Source: Leucoraja ocellata (Eukaryota). Taken from it: a stretch of DNA of 64,000 nucleotides. The translations under genes were made by a program, and so were the position numbers. Of the stretch, positions 48,700 to 62,052 are shown piece by piece; the stretch's first letter is position 1, and each line of letters begins with the position of its first letter. The notes under the pieces were generated by a model. It searched no databases and had not been told where the DNA came from. It was given only the letters and a program-made list of their open reading frames with translations. The DNA lies in contig JAWMAR010001726.1 in NCBI GenBank assembly GCA_036785375.1, forward strand, positions 1-64,000, given 5' to 3'.

Positions 48700-51230
48700 A
48701 GTGCAGGAACAGGGCCTTTGGGCCCTTCGTCCATGCCAACCAAGTCATATAACTGAGCTAGTCTCATTTGCCTGTACCTCCCCAATATCCTTCAAACCTT
48801 TCCTGCCCATGCACCTGTCTATGTATCTTATCTGGCCACCACCTGTCCACATCATTCTCTGTGTGAAAAATATTTCCCTTACCCCCAGGTCCCTTTTAAA
48901 CATTTCCACTCTCAACTTAAACCTATGCTCTCTAGTTTTAGACTCTTCTTCCCAAGGTGAAAGACAGTGGCTATTCATCTTATCTATCCATTATTATTTT
49001 ATATGGAATCATAAGGTCACCCCTCAGCCTCATATGCTCCTGGGAAAATAGACCCAACTTACCCAGCCTCTCCTGATAACTCAAACCCTCCTGACCCAGC
49101 AACATCCTCATGAATGCTTTTTGCACACTTTCCAGTTTAATGACATTCTTCTTATAGCAGGATGACCAGAACTATGTTCACAATACTCCAAATATGGCCT
49201 TACCAAAGTCTTGTATCTCTGTAACATGATATCCCAACTCCTATATTAATTTCTCTGACAAATGAAGGTAAGCATGTCAAATGTCCTTTTCACCACGCTG
49301 TCCGGTGTCGCTACCTTCATGGAACGATGTACCAGCACTCATACGTCTCTCTTTTCTACAACATTTGGTTGTGCAAGTACTACCCTGGTATGTTCTCCCA
49401 AAATGCAATACATTGCATTTTTTTCCGATTAAAGTCAAACCTCCTCAGTGTATTGTGCCCTGTGGATCAGGTAATCATAAATAATCATCCATGGCCCGGG
49501 GTGTACGTAGCTGCCACCCTCCAATCCAGCTGACAAAGCTATTGTTGCGGGAGCTCCGGAGAATCAGCCACCAACCTGGGACCTGCGAGCTCCCTGCGAG
49601 CTCCCGATGTTGTCATCCACTGGGCCCAGGGCCGAAGCCTCCGAGGTTCCGAAGTCGGGCCACCACCGCAGCGCCACCACAGCCCCAAAGTCGGCCAGCT
49701 TTGCGATGGTGAGTCCTGGCTTTGCCTCCGGCGCCTCAAGGTCAGTCCCAGTTGGCGAGCGCCAGCTCCGCGACTAGGCCTCAGCACAGACGGTATTCCT
49801 AAACTAAACTAAACTAAACTAAATCTAATCTCCCAAATCAGGCTACCATGTCTTGCTAATAATCATGCAGACACAATATACCTCAATACCCTCAGTCTTC
49901 TTGTTCATCTCTTCAAAAAAACACAATGAAGTTGATGAGAAATGATTCCTATCCACAAAGCTATGCTGACTATCCTTAATCAGTCTTTTCTTTTCCAAAT
50001 GCATGTAGATTCTACCTCTCAGAATCCCCTCCAATAACTTACACATGACTGGTTAGTCTCACTGGTCTTTAGATCCCAAGCATTTCCTTGCATCAATTCT
50101 TAATTAAAGGCACAACATTAACCATCCTCCCGTCTTCCCCTCCTCATCCATGGCCATTGAAGCATCTTTGCCAGTGGCCTCATAATGTCTGAGGATACAC
50201 TTGATCAAGTCCCAGAGATGTATTTACTTTAATGTGCCTTAAGACCTTTCAGCACCTCTTCTTCTGTAATATTGATTCTCGCTGAGGCATCACCCTTAAC
50301 TTTCCCGAGTTTCCTAGCATCCATGTCTTTCTTCATAGTAAATATAGGTGAGACATATCCATTTAATACTTTGCCCCTCTGCTATATCTTCACACATAGA
50401 TGACCCTGTTGTTTGTTAACATAGAAACATAGAAATTAGGTGCAGGAGTAGGCCATTCGGCCCTTCGAGCCTGCACCGCCATTCAATATGATCATGGCTG
50501 ATCATCCAACTCAGTATCCCGTACCTGCCTTCTCTCCATACCCCCTGATCCCCTTAGCCACAAGGGCCACATCTAACTCCCTCTTAAATATAGCCAATGA
50601 ACTGGCCTCAACTACCCTCTGTGGCAGAGAGTTCCAGAGATTCACCACTCTCTGTGTGAAAAAAGTTCTTCTCTTCTCGGTTTTAAAGGATTTCCCCCTT
50701 ATCCTTAAGCTGTGACCCCTTGTCCTGGACTTCCCTAACATCGGGAACAATCTTCCTGCATCTAGCATGTCCAACCCCTTAAGAATTTTGTAAGTTTCTA
50801 TAAGATCCCCTCTCAATCTTCTAAATTCTAGAGAGTATAAACCAAGTCTAATTCTAGAGAGTATAAACCAAGTTAAGGAGCCCTATTCCTTCCCTAGTTA
50901 ATTTTTTGCCCATAATATATACTTGTGGAATCTCTTTTGATTCTACTTTACCTTTTCTTCCAAAACAATCTCATGTCCCTGTTTTGTCTCATGATTTCCA
51001 CCTTAGGTGTATTACTATACCACTAAAATAATGTGCTTGTTTTCAGCTGACACATGCCTAGTTTTTCCTGACCAGACTTTCTGTATTACTCAGCAACCCC
51101 CGGGTTCCCTACTCCTGACAGTCTTGCCCTTCACTCTAACAGGAACATGCTGATCCTATCTCATGTTGAGAAGCCTCCTACCTTCCAGATGTATCTCTAT
51201 CTGCAAACAGCCTCACAGTCAGGATGGCTT
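48700..51230 (-). mobile_element. Long decayed CR1 with nested insertions (GC-rich fragment 49490-49825; young CR1 50419-50872)
   Basis: Minus ORFs KLLEGILRGRIYMHLE and RGDLIETYKILKGLD...; the young copy is near-identical to 42190-42607. Confidence 0.8.
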
Positions 51231-51879
51231 CAGGGCCCTCTAGTAATTCATTCAGGTTTTCACTCTCCTCCACCTGGCAGAACATACCCTCACCCTTAAC
51301 AAGTTAGTCATAGGAAAAGGCCCTTCAGCCTAATTTGGTCATGCCAATCTAGATGCCCTAAGTTAGTCCCATTTAGCGGTATTAGTCCTATATTCCTCCA
51401 GATTTTCAAATTAATTAATGGTCCAAGAGTTTTCTTTAAATGTTGTTACAGTACCTGCCTCATCTACCTCCACTGGCATCTCATTCCATATAACAACCTC
51501 TTTCTCTTTTGACTCATAAGGCCATTATAGTAGAATTAGGCCATTCGGCCCATCAAGTCTACTCCACCATTCAATCATGGCTGATCTATCTCTTCCTCCT
51601 AACCCCATTCTCCAGCCTTCTCTCCATAATCTCTGACACCTGTACTGATCAAAAATCTATCTATCTATCTCTGCCTTAAAAATATCCATTGACTTCGCCT
51701 CCACATCCTTCTGTGGCAAATAATTCCACAGATTCACCACCCTTTCCTCTCACTTTCTTCAAGATAAAGTTCAAGATCAAGATCAAGATAGGGGAGAATA
51801 AGTGTTCGGTATGGACTAGAAGGGCCGAGATGGCCTTTCTGTAATTGTGCTGTAATTGTTATATGTTATATGGTCATAT

Positions 51880-53425
51880 AAAGGTGTATCCATGAACACA
51901 CACATGGACCCCATGGGTGCGTGTTTTTTGTTGGTTATGTTGACCACTCCTTGTTCCAAATGTAGCCTGGCACCATTCCCCAAGTCTTCCCCTGCTACAT
52001 TGATGACTGTTTTGGGGCTGCTTCCTGCACCTGTGCAGAACTCATTAATTCCAACTTTCCTACTAACTTCCATACTGCCCTCAAATTCATTCGAGGTATC
52101 TCTAACCTCCATTTTCTCAATCTCTGTCTTCATCACAGGAGAGATGACCTCCCAAAGGTCTACTGCAAACCCACTGACTCTCACGGCTTTTTCGACTATA
52201 CCTCCTGCCACTGCAAGGGTGCAATCCCTTACTGACAATTTCTGCATCTCTGCTGCATGTACACAAACCTAAACCCATCTGCTCCCAAGATGGGGCTTTC
52301 CATTCTAGAACTTCTGAGGTATTCTCCTTCTTCAGTAAATTCTTCCCTACTTTTGTTATAGATGAAGTCCTCACCCATCTCTCCTCTGTGTCCCACAGTT
52401 TGGTCCTCATTCCCCCTCTCCATTGAAGGAAAAGGATAGTGCTCCCCACTTCCCAACTTTCACCAACCAGCCTCAGCAAACACATATTAGTCTCTGATAA
52501 TTTTGCAACCTTCAACATGATCCCACCAATCACATTTTCCAACTCCTTGGTTCACTCATCTGTTCCCACCCAACTTAACCTATCCCCAGGCTCTTTTCCA
52601 TTCAACAGTGGGAGATGTAACTCCCGATCCTAGACACCCTCTCTCACTTCCATCCAAGGATCCCAGCAGGCATTATAAATGAGATAAAGATTCATATGCA
52701 TCTCTTCCTACTTTGGCTTTGCATTTAGTTCTCCCAACATGACATCTGTTATATCAGAGAAACCAAGCATAGACGAGGCAACTGTTTCGCAAGCCACGTG
52801 CTCTGTTTGCTGAAGCTGGTAGCCAACCATTTTAACTGAGAGAGGCCATGCACAAATTTAAAGAGCAGTACCTCATATTCACTTGGGTAGCTGACAATAT
52901 AACAGTAGGAACATTGAATTCTTCAATTTCAAGTTATTCCCCCCCTCTCTTTCCCATTCCCCTCCCATCCAGTACACACCCATCTCTCCCACCACCTCCT
53001 ACTACCCCAGTCACTCTACTCCTTTTTTCCCCCATACACACCTCTCCCATCCACAAGTTCCATAATTTATTTTAGCCCCTTGTTCCCTTTCTACCTTTAT
53101 CCCTCCCTTTGGTTTTGTATTTTACTTCTCCTTTTCTTTCCTTATCTTACAATCTTGTGTCTTCTTTTCATCTCGAGTCTCTGGCACTTTCTCCACCATT
53201 CTACAAATCACCACTCTCTCTCTCCCTCAGTTGTATCCATTCATCATTTGCCTCATTCTCACATCTTTTTTCCTGCTTTTTCCCCATTACTCCATCAGTC
53301 TGAAGAAGGGTGCTGACCCTAAACATTGTCTATCCTTCCCCTCCATTGCTGGTACCCGACCCACTGAGTTCCTCCAGCACTTTGTGTTTTGCTCGATATT
53401 CCAGCACCTGCAGTTTCTTGTGTCA
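51880..53425 (+). mobile_element. Decayed Penelope (Poseidon-like) element: RT, GIY-YIG and pLTR
   Basis: KGVSMNTHM (resembles GVAMGTRM), ctacattgatgactgt (YIDDC), tatatcagagaaaccaag (resembles YIGETK), degenerate hammerhead core at 53300-53327. Confidence 0.8.
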
Positions 53426-54457
53426 TCATCAAGTGATTCATAGGAGTGGTAACCTGAATGTATTGCTATGTTACATCTAGATATTAATCAAGATGACCGA
53501 ATGGCCAACGAGGCATTTTTCAAAGAGGTGTCTCAGAAGGGAAGAACATGCATGGATGAGCTGGGTGCTGCCATGTACAGTTCACAGAGCCTGCATTGGC
53601 ATTGTCTTGGTATTAAAAACATGGCAAATGAAGATATTTCTCTTTATCACTATCCCAAAACCAACCCTTAACACCATAAAAAAAATGCAGGATCTGGTGC
53701 TAATTTGAAATTAGGCAAAATTATTGTTTGACCAATGATGTTGTTTTCAAATTGGCAACTCAGTGGTCTTGTAATAATTAAAGAGGTAACAGACACATCA
53801 GCCAAAGTTTATCTCCTCAATCTAATTGCCACTTCCAATTCAACAGGATTCCTAAACCCAACACATAAACATTCTTCTATTTATCATTATCTTGAGTATA
53901 AAATTAAACCAAGACGTTAACAAAAAACCCCTTAATAATCTTAAAATTATATATTTTTAATATTTCAAGGTTTGACTCACTTGACTTGTTTTTCTGAATA
54001 GGTATAAACATTTCTGAAAGCTCTATTCCTGTACCAATTTCACATAGTGCTGTGCTCCACAGATTACTTCTATGTGTGTTTCATCTCCTGTATTAAAAAC
54101 CCTGAAGTGGTCAGTCTTTTCAACACAATTAACGTTAGGTGTTCAGCATTTGCCAAGATATATTAACATGTTTCCTATCACTTAGTCATCCATTGGGAAA
54201 TTAAAACATTACCTCATTAGCAACTTAATTATGGATCATTTACTTTTTTTTACTTGGATGAAATGATGATGAAATAAACATTTAAAAACTAACTCTTTGG
54301 AAAAGTGACAGAAATATTTAAGCCTGATAGAAAGATTAATGGTATACAGAAGCTACTACTTGGTTAAATAGAAATTCTGTCCCAAAGGCACACAGCCAGT
54401 GATTCTCAATCCCAAATGTACTTTCAAACAAGTCACCAAATCAAGTTCAAGTCCCTT

Positions 54458-55245
54458 GTAGGCACAAACTGCTGGAGTAACTCAACTCAGGAGAAAGGAA
54501 TGGGTGACGTTTCGGGTCGAGACCTTCTTCAGACTAATGTCAGGGGAGTTGGCGGGACAAAGATAAGGGCATGTCCCACGAGCATGCGACTCCATGCGGC
54601 AAGCGCGACCTAACGTGGCCGCTTGAGCCGTACGGCCTCGTGGGGCCGGTCCCACTTCGATCGCCGGAGCCGCATGGAGTTGTGCGGAGCTGGTCTCGAC
54701 ATCGCACGGGGCTCCGAAAAACTGACCGCGTTCAAAAATTCCGTGCAGCAACGGCCTGCCAGCCCGCAGCCGCCTTGATGCCGCACTCACCACCTCGACG
54801 GGCGTCTTGACGCCGTACGTCACGAGCGAACTTCCCGCGGACTCCGCTCGAACTTCACGTCACTCACTCAACCTCCGCGCAGCCCCTGCTTCCGGTTTGG
54901 TCGCGCTTGCCGCATGCAGGTCGCATGCTCGTGGGACAGGCCCTATAGAATGTAGTCAGAGACTGGTGGGAAAACAGGGAAGGGGGAGGGAGAGGGAAAG
55001 CAAGGGCTATTTGAATTTAGAGAAGTAAATGTTCGTACCACTGTGGTCTAAGCTACACAACCAAAATATGAGGTGCTGTTGCTCCAATTTGTGCTGGGCC
55101 TCACTCTGACAATGGAGGAAGCGCAGGTCAGAAAGGTCAGGTTGGGAATGGGAGGGATAGTTGATGTGCTGAGCAATCGGGAGATCAGGTAGGTTAATGC
55201 AGACTGAGTGGAGGTGTTCAGCGAAACGATCGCCGAGTCTGTCTA
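54458..55245 (-). mobile_element. Penelope 3' fragment (GIY-YIG C-terminus plus pLTR), split by a MITE
   Basis: RLGDRFAEHLHSV...PIAQH...KLEQQHLIF; minus strand CTGAAGAAGGTCTCGACCCGAAACGTC at 54532-54506. Confidence 0.88.
54566..54944. mobile_element. PIF/Harbinger-type MITE (379 bp)
   Basis: ~45-bp TIRs AGGGC(A/C)TGTCCCACGAGCATGCGAC...; 3-bp TSD ATA; CpG-rich, so probably young. Confidence 0.9.
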
Positions 55246-55764
55246 ATCCGGTCTCATTTGTCTGAGATTGGCCCATAATTTTCTAAACCTTTCCTATCCA
55301 TGTACCTGTTTCAGTGTTTATTAAATGTTGTTATAACATCTGCCACAACTACCTCCTCTGACACCTTGTTCCATATACCCACCACCCTCTGAGAGAAAAA
55401 GTAGTCCCTCAGGTTTGCATTAAATCTGGCCCCTCTCACCTTAAATATATGTCCTCTTGGTTTTGATTCCCCTGCGCTGGGAAAAAGTCTCCATGCACTC
55501 ATCCTTTTTATTCCCCTCATTGTACAGAAACCTATCAACCCTAAATGTCCGGAACTCGCAAACTTTTGGAATCAGGGAGAGGTCTGTGTTTCAAGGGAAA
55601 TCAGCAATGAACAGGTAATCTTGGAAACCTCCAATAAGAGGAAGATGGCATCATCTGTTGACGAAATTTCTGTCAAGTTAATTTTGTTAATGCAAATGTA
55701 ATAATAAGCTTGTGGACAATAAGAAGGTGTTTATAATTGAATGGATGCTCTGATTAAGTTGGAG

Positions 55765-56730
55765 GAGGAGCCATCTTGGGGAGCAGCTGCTAACCAGCAG
55801 CCGTCCGTTTACTTCGCTTTTTTTTAAAGTTTTTAGTAAGTCCTGTGTTTCGTCCGTTGGAGAAATTGAATTTTTAATGTGGGGGGTAGGGGGCAATTTT
55901 ACTTCTAGGTCCCTACCTGGTCGGTGAGGCAGCTTTTTCTCCGGGCTGCCTGTCGACCCGTCCTCGTGGCCTACCAGCGGGCTTGGAGCGCCGTTTCCTG
56001 GCAGGGACCGCCCAGCACCTCGGCCTCAGTCGCGGAGCGGAGTGGGCGATGCCTTGCCTGGGTCGCCGCTCTCGATCGACGCGCTGGAGCTCCAGTGAGC
56101 TGTGTCCGCCGTGTTTGACACCTCCGGGCTGCGGGTCTGTGGAGCGGAGCGTGCGGCGCCGATTTCAACATCGGGAGCCTGGGAGCTCCAAACTGGCGCG
56201 GCCTTGTCGGCTTCGGAAGCCGCAGTCTCCAGCTAGGAAGCGGCCGTTCCAGGTGGCCCAGCCACTGAGAGGACTCTCCCAACGCCGGGGCAAGATCACC
56301 CGGTGAGAACGGCCAGGAACATCGGGCCTCCGTAGAGGCAATTGCGGTGGCCTCAATAGGCCTGACTTTGGGTGAACTTGGGGTTGGGGACTGGACATTG
56401 TGCCTTCCCCCACAGTGGTATTCATTGTGGGGGGATGATTTTTTTGTCTGTAAGTAATCCTGTTAGTCTTTGTCCAAGATGCCTGTCGGAAGGGAGAGTG
56501 GACGTTGGCACGCTTTAGCTGCCGCTGCTCTCTTTTTCACATTGTGTTTTTGATTTTTTGTTTTTGGACTGAATTCTGTTTTTAATTTTTAATTTGTGTT
56601 TCTGTGATGTCTTTATTATTTATTTTATTCTGATTATATGTTTTTTACTCCTGTTAATCTCTAAGGTGTCCTTGAGATTCCTGAAAGGCGCCCAAAAATA
56701 AAATTTATTATTATTATTATTATTATTATT
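55765..56730 (+). mobile_element. GC-rich non-coding retroelement with an L2-type 3' tail
   Basis: 3' end taaggtgtccttgagattcctgaaaggcgccc.aaataaaat(tta)n matches the L2 end at 3358-3426. Confidence 0.75.
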
Positions 56731-56797
56731 AAGTTGTGAAAACAGGGAGCAGCGTCAATGCTGAAATTGGTTACTAGGGCAAAAAAAGTGTTTAGCA

Positions 56798-58095
56798 AGT
56801 TTAGTTTAGTTTGGTTTATTATTGACACGTGTACCGAATTGCAGTAAACAGCTTTTTGCTGCATGCTAATCAGTCATCAAAAAGACTATACATGCTTACC
56901 ATCAAACCATCCACAATGTACAGATACAGGATAAAGGGTATAACGTTTAGTACAAGATAAAGTCCAGCAAAGACCAATTAGTTCAAAGGTCTCCAATGAG
57001 GTGGATGTGAGACCAGGACCATTCTCTAGTTGGTGAGACGACGATTCACTTGCCTGATAACAGCTGGGAAGAAACTGTTCCTGAATCTGGAGGTTTGCGT
57101 TTCCAACGTTTCAATGGTTCAATGGTTTAATGGTCCTTTCTTGTCACGTGTACCAAGGTACAGTGAAATTTGAATTACCATACAGTCATACAAAAAAAGC
57201 AACAAGATACATAACTACATAAAGATTAAACATAAACAGACACCACAGCAGCATGTGGGATTCCCCAAGGCTCACAGCATAAGTGGACAACCACCAGTTC
57301 AATGTCCGGGCAACACACACGCTCCTTCACTGTGATATTATCAGAGTTGTACCGACCGCTGTCACTCTCTCTGCAGTCCCTGTCCACCCAAACAGTCAGA
57401 AAGCTGTGTGGATGGCTTTCTGGCTGTTTGGGCGGACAGGGACTGCAGTCTAGACTCCAGGATGTCCTCATGGAGCGATGTCCCTGCAAACACTGAGATC
57501 ACTGCACTGACGGCATTCCCTCCGAGTCCTCACCAGTGCTGGCAGCACGTCCATCTAGTTTTTCAGTGACCTCACATTCCCCACTGTGATGGAATGTTGG
57601 GGCAATCGAAACATCTGCAGTCGGGCCAATCGACGTTCCCGTAGTTGGTGATCGAAGCCACCGCATCGGGGCGAACGAGGCTCCTGCGATCGGGGCAGGT
57701 CGAAGTTCCTGCAGTTGAAGCTCCCGACGTCGATCCCTAACAAAGGGACCGCCAGCTCCACGATGTTAAGGCGGTAGTGTGGATGTAGTAACGATACGGA
57801 AAAAGTCACATCTCTGTGGAGGGAGGAGATAACAAAAGTTTCCCCCAAGCTACCCCACCTCACTCCCACATAGTACAAAAACTAAAGATACACTAAAACA
57901 TACAAGTAAAAACAAACTAAAAACAACAAAAGAAGAAAGGGAAGAGACAGGTTGTTGGCGAGGCTGCCATGTATGGTTCCACTTGGTGATCCAACATTTG
58001 TACCTGTTCACTGATGGAAGAGGGGAGAAGAGGGAGATCGGGCGAGACTGGTCCTTGATTTTGTTGGTGGCCTTGCCGAGGCAGCATGAAGTCTA
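56798..58095 (-). mobile_element. Rex1/Babar LINE 3' fragment, split by insertion 57108-57989
   Basis: Minus strand RFRNSFFPAVIRQ (C-terminal motif) and tail ...ggtacacgtgtcaataataaaccaaactaaact. Confidence 0.75.
57108..57989 (-). mobile_element. Internally deleted Rex1/Babar element (5' UTR, APE start, 3' tail)
   Basis: TSD TCCAAC (57102-57107 / 57990-57995). SITVGNVRSLKN*MD and DRD...CCPDIELVVV are decayed endonuclease motifs; (ccattgaa)n tail. Confidence 0.8.
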
Positions 58096-59377
58096 ATTAG
58101 AGAGCTAGGTTGAGGGCTGTTGAAAGGAACAGTTGATGTTGCTGCAGAGAAGACAAAAAATAAAATCTCAGTTTTTCTAAGAAGTAATCAAGTCTGGAAA
58201 AAAGCTCAAGGTCTGCTGTAAGATTGCAGTATGGCTTTGATGACAGAATATAAGAGAGAGGAGAATTAAAAGGATGCATGACAACAGAAGGGAAATGCCT
58301 AGGAAGGCCAACATAAAATAAATGTTAGAAAGAAAGACACTGGTCTGGATCAACAACTAAAATACAAACATGAACAGATGTAGCCAAACTCCAGTAATGG
58401 GTTTGCTTTTATGCACAATGAAGCTTCTCGTAATACAAGGGAAATATGGAAAAAATCAGGAAAATAGAATAAAAGTCAGTAATCGTATTGTAAAGTTAAT
58501 ATAGGCAAGGTGGAATCTGCTTAATGGTCTTAATGCTACCGAGGATTTCCAGCAATTTTGTTTTTCTGATAGTCAAACTAATGACCAAATCAAGTACAGG
58601 ACAGCACTAGTAAAGGCCAAGATAAAATCATCTGTGTATTACTTTAAGCAAAGACCAAAATGCAACCCATTTAATTGCTACTGCTGAAGCTTTAAAATCA
58701 ATGTCCTGTACACCAGTGTCAATCCAAATGTAGGCTAAAGTGCTGAATCCCTGTGTTTCTGTTGGAAGGTGAATTATTACTTATGATCCTTTCTGATGAT
58801 TTGTACTGATAAGGCATGTAGCAATTTCAGGGCAAGCTCCCTTTTAAAAATATTCTAATTGCAGTGTTTTGTTTGGTTTTGGGCGTGGAATATTGGATGA
58901 CAATAAATGTGTCGGTTTTCACAAATAATTTTAATTAGCTCTGATGAATCAATAGAATATTACTCTCAGATGAAAGCATTGGATTTTAACCCCAGATATT
59001 TGTGAGGATTGATTGGGTCTGCAGCGAGTAGAATCTATCCCAACCTTGCGTATTGGTGTCTGCCAAGCTTTAAGTTGGTCTGGTCAGATTCACAATACAA
59101 AATTATTATGTCCACATAGCCAAAAAGTACAATGTCGTGAGGCAGGCTTATTGTCAGCAACTGAGTCCATAAAATGATTACTAAAATAAAGAGGATGATA
59201 ATTAATTGTGACATGAGGAAAAACATTGTTTACACATAATGTGGTTGGAATCTGGAACACGGGCCTACATAGAAGGGGCTATTTGGTGGAACTAGTGGGT
59301 TAGGTGGCATGAATACAATTTAGAGTAGAATAGGGTAGAACAGTGGTGAAGGCAGGAGATCTACTAATTCACAGCCA

Positions 59378-60160
59378 CTAGGGGCACCACATTGATGGCA
59401 GCCTCTGCCTATAGTCTGTCTGTTTTTCTGTCTTTAAAAAAAAAAAAAATAGTTTTAAATGTTTGTTTTGGAGATTTCCTTAGCTTTTCTATGTGGGGGA
59501 GGGGGGTGGGGTAAGGGGGAAATCGCTTCCCAGTTACTTCCTGGCGAGGATGCAACTATTCTTTGAGTCTCGTTCTCGCCCTCCTCCTCGCAGCCTACCA
59601 CCTGGATTGGAGTAGCCTTTCCTGCCGGGGACCCAGACCAGAGCTTCAACAGTGGCGACGCAGCACTGGATACATCACGGAGCGGGAGATTGCTTACTTG
59701 GATCGCTGTTGAAGCTCCGGAGTGCTGGGCCTGCTGCATCAACATCGGAGCTGTGGTTCGTAGAGTTTCCAGCGCGGGCGGCATCAACATCACGGAGTTG
59801 TGCCAGCGGGCTGCCAGCGTTGAATCTCCGCCCAGCGCGGCCTGTGGACTTAGGGAGCCGGTAGGAGGTGGCCGATTCGGATGTCCAAGCCGCTGAGGAT
59901 GTCCTCCAGTCCCGACATCGGACTTCCATCACCCCGGCAAGCGGGACGTTCGGGAGTCTCCTGACCACGGGAGGACAACAGAGGAGGATGACTGAATTTT
60001 GGATCCTTCCCTCACAGTGGGAAACTTTGATCCCACTGTGTGGAGATGTCTGTGTTAAAGTCTAACGTGTTCTGTGCTCTTTATTATTTGTATGGCGACC
60101 GTACATTTCACTGTACCAATTAGTACATGTGACAAATAAATGTATCTTGTATCTCAATCA
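59378..60160 (+). mobile_element. GC-rich non-autonomous Rex/Babar-derived element
   Basis: Head gatggcagcctctgcc, CpG-rich body, tail tttcactgtacc...gtacatgtgacaaataaa. Confidence 0.7.
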
Positions 60161-60830
60161 TCTAGATACAATCCTAACATCAGGTGCTGCTTGTGACTGC
60201 ATAGGTTTCTTTGGGTGATCCAGTTTCCTCTGACATTGCAAAAATCTTTAAGTTTATAGACAGACCAGTCAGTGCAAATTCTTCTAAGGCAGAAGATTCT
60301 TCTGTGGTAGAAATGGGCGAATTGATGAAAATATGGGATGGTAGAATGGGAATGTGTGTTTTTTTTCAAATGCTTTGTGACTAAATGATTATTGTGGTTT
60401 CAATCATATTCTTCTGTATTGTAACCATTCTGATTCTCAGAAAGTGGAGGGTATTTTATGCTCATGAAGGGGAAAAAGCCTTTGGAAAAGGAATCCTAAA
60501 TTTTCCTTTCAAAAGCATTGCTTCTTCTCTTGCCCTTGCAAAGAAAATCACACAAAATTACTTGTCTCGTTTTGGATTCATCTGGCTTTTAGATTCATAT
60601 ATTCCTGCCATGTTGACCCAGCAAGGAAACCAGAAAGAAGATCTTTCTCAAAGAGGTTTCTCATTAAAATAAAGCATTTGTGACTTATGATACCACTAAA
60701 CTCTATTTCTGATCGGCGTCTTTCTCTCCTGTTCAGGAGAACTTTTTAACATTTCAACTTAAGAAATTGTGATATTTTGGTACGCAAGTTCATAAGTTCA
60801 TAAGGTCTAGAAGCAAAATTAGGCCATTTA

Positions 60831-60965
60831 GTAAATGTAAAAAAAAGATTGTCCCTAATGGGTATAGGATAATGTTAATGTGCGGGGATCGCTGGTCAAT
60901 GCGGATCCGGTGGGCTGAAAGAGCCAGTTTCCGCGCTGTATCTCTAAACTAAACTAAAACTAAAA
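60831..60965 (+). mobile_element. V-SINE 3' half nested in a minus-strand CR1 3' end (60787-61045)
   Basis: SINE tail (ctaaa)n; host aggccatt|...|ctactccgtcatt. Confidence 0.75.
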
Positions 60966-62052
60966 AGGCTACTCCGTCATTCTGTCATGGATGATTTATC
61001 TTTCCCTCTCAGCCCCATTCTCCTGCCTTCACCCCATAACCCCTGACACCCTTACTAATCAATGTTATAACGGTCACTGGTGGTGGTGGCTCGTTACAAT
61101 GGTTGTTCTAACCATGCACTGAACGCCTGATCTGACAAAGTTACTATTGTCCTTATGCCTCTCTGTGTGGGTCCGTCAGATGGATGCAATGGGTTAGCAC
61201 ATGTTTACACTAATTTAATATCTGGACTGAATACGTGTTCTCCATTTTATCTCTAAGAGTCCTATAATAAATAGATTTTAAGAAACCTATATTTAACTCA
61301 CAATAGTTTTTTATCAGAAAATTAGCTATTTCATTTAGGCACAAATGTAGTGATTAAAGCAAAATAAATACTTGCATTTGGTGCAGTAGAGGGCGTCCTT
61401 TTGCAATTTTGAGTTGAGTGAAGTCATTGAAATTGAGCAGACTCAGCAATTTTATGGACCTGACCATATTTTAACTGTATTAGATATAGACAGCAGGTTG
61501 CAAATGTGTATAAATTGTCAGTTCACAGCACTGATCTCCCTCAATTAATGAACAATAATTTCTAGCTGCCAAAATCTTGAAGGACTGCAAAGTACTTACC
61601 CAGAAAATACTTCCAAAATGTGTGAAAGACCGATATTAAATTTGACCTTTGGTTAAGATTAAGTAAGAATGTGCATCTCTGAAAATATTAACAAGTCCTA
61701 CATATCTGATCAATTATTTTAAAGTGCAGCTAATGTTATTCAACACTCAGCCCTTTAACCTTTGAAAATTAGGAGACAGTTAGTCTCTTTAAGTGCACAG
61801 ATAATAAAGATGCACAAAATTGTCATTAAGCGGTTGCAGAAGTGTTACTGGAAACAATATATTAGACAGCTTTAACTTCTACCCCACCCCCTCAACTATG
61901 ATGAGTTGGAAATGTACAGGAGGAGATGGTTAAACTGTCAGATCTGTGAAGCATGGCCCTAATTTGCCATGCATGCACAGACTGCCAAAGCAAAGATGCA
62001 AGGAGATAAATGTATCTTTGTTCTTCATTGCTAAACCGATGCAAGAGTATTA

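Noticed and set aside
55900-56420. CpG island or promoter of a host gene (also 54570-54940, 59600-59970)
   Set aside because: The CpG-rich patches lie wholly within transposons that have tails or TIRs.
61600-61679. Possible minus-strand exon (ttttcag ... ctgg|gtaagt) with one open frame
   Set aside because: The peptide is unrecognisable, there are no partner exons, and such sites are expected by chance in 64 kb.
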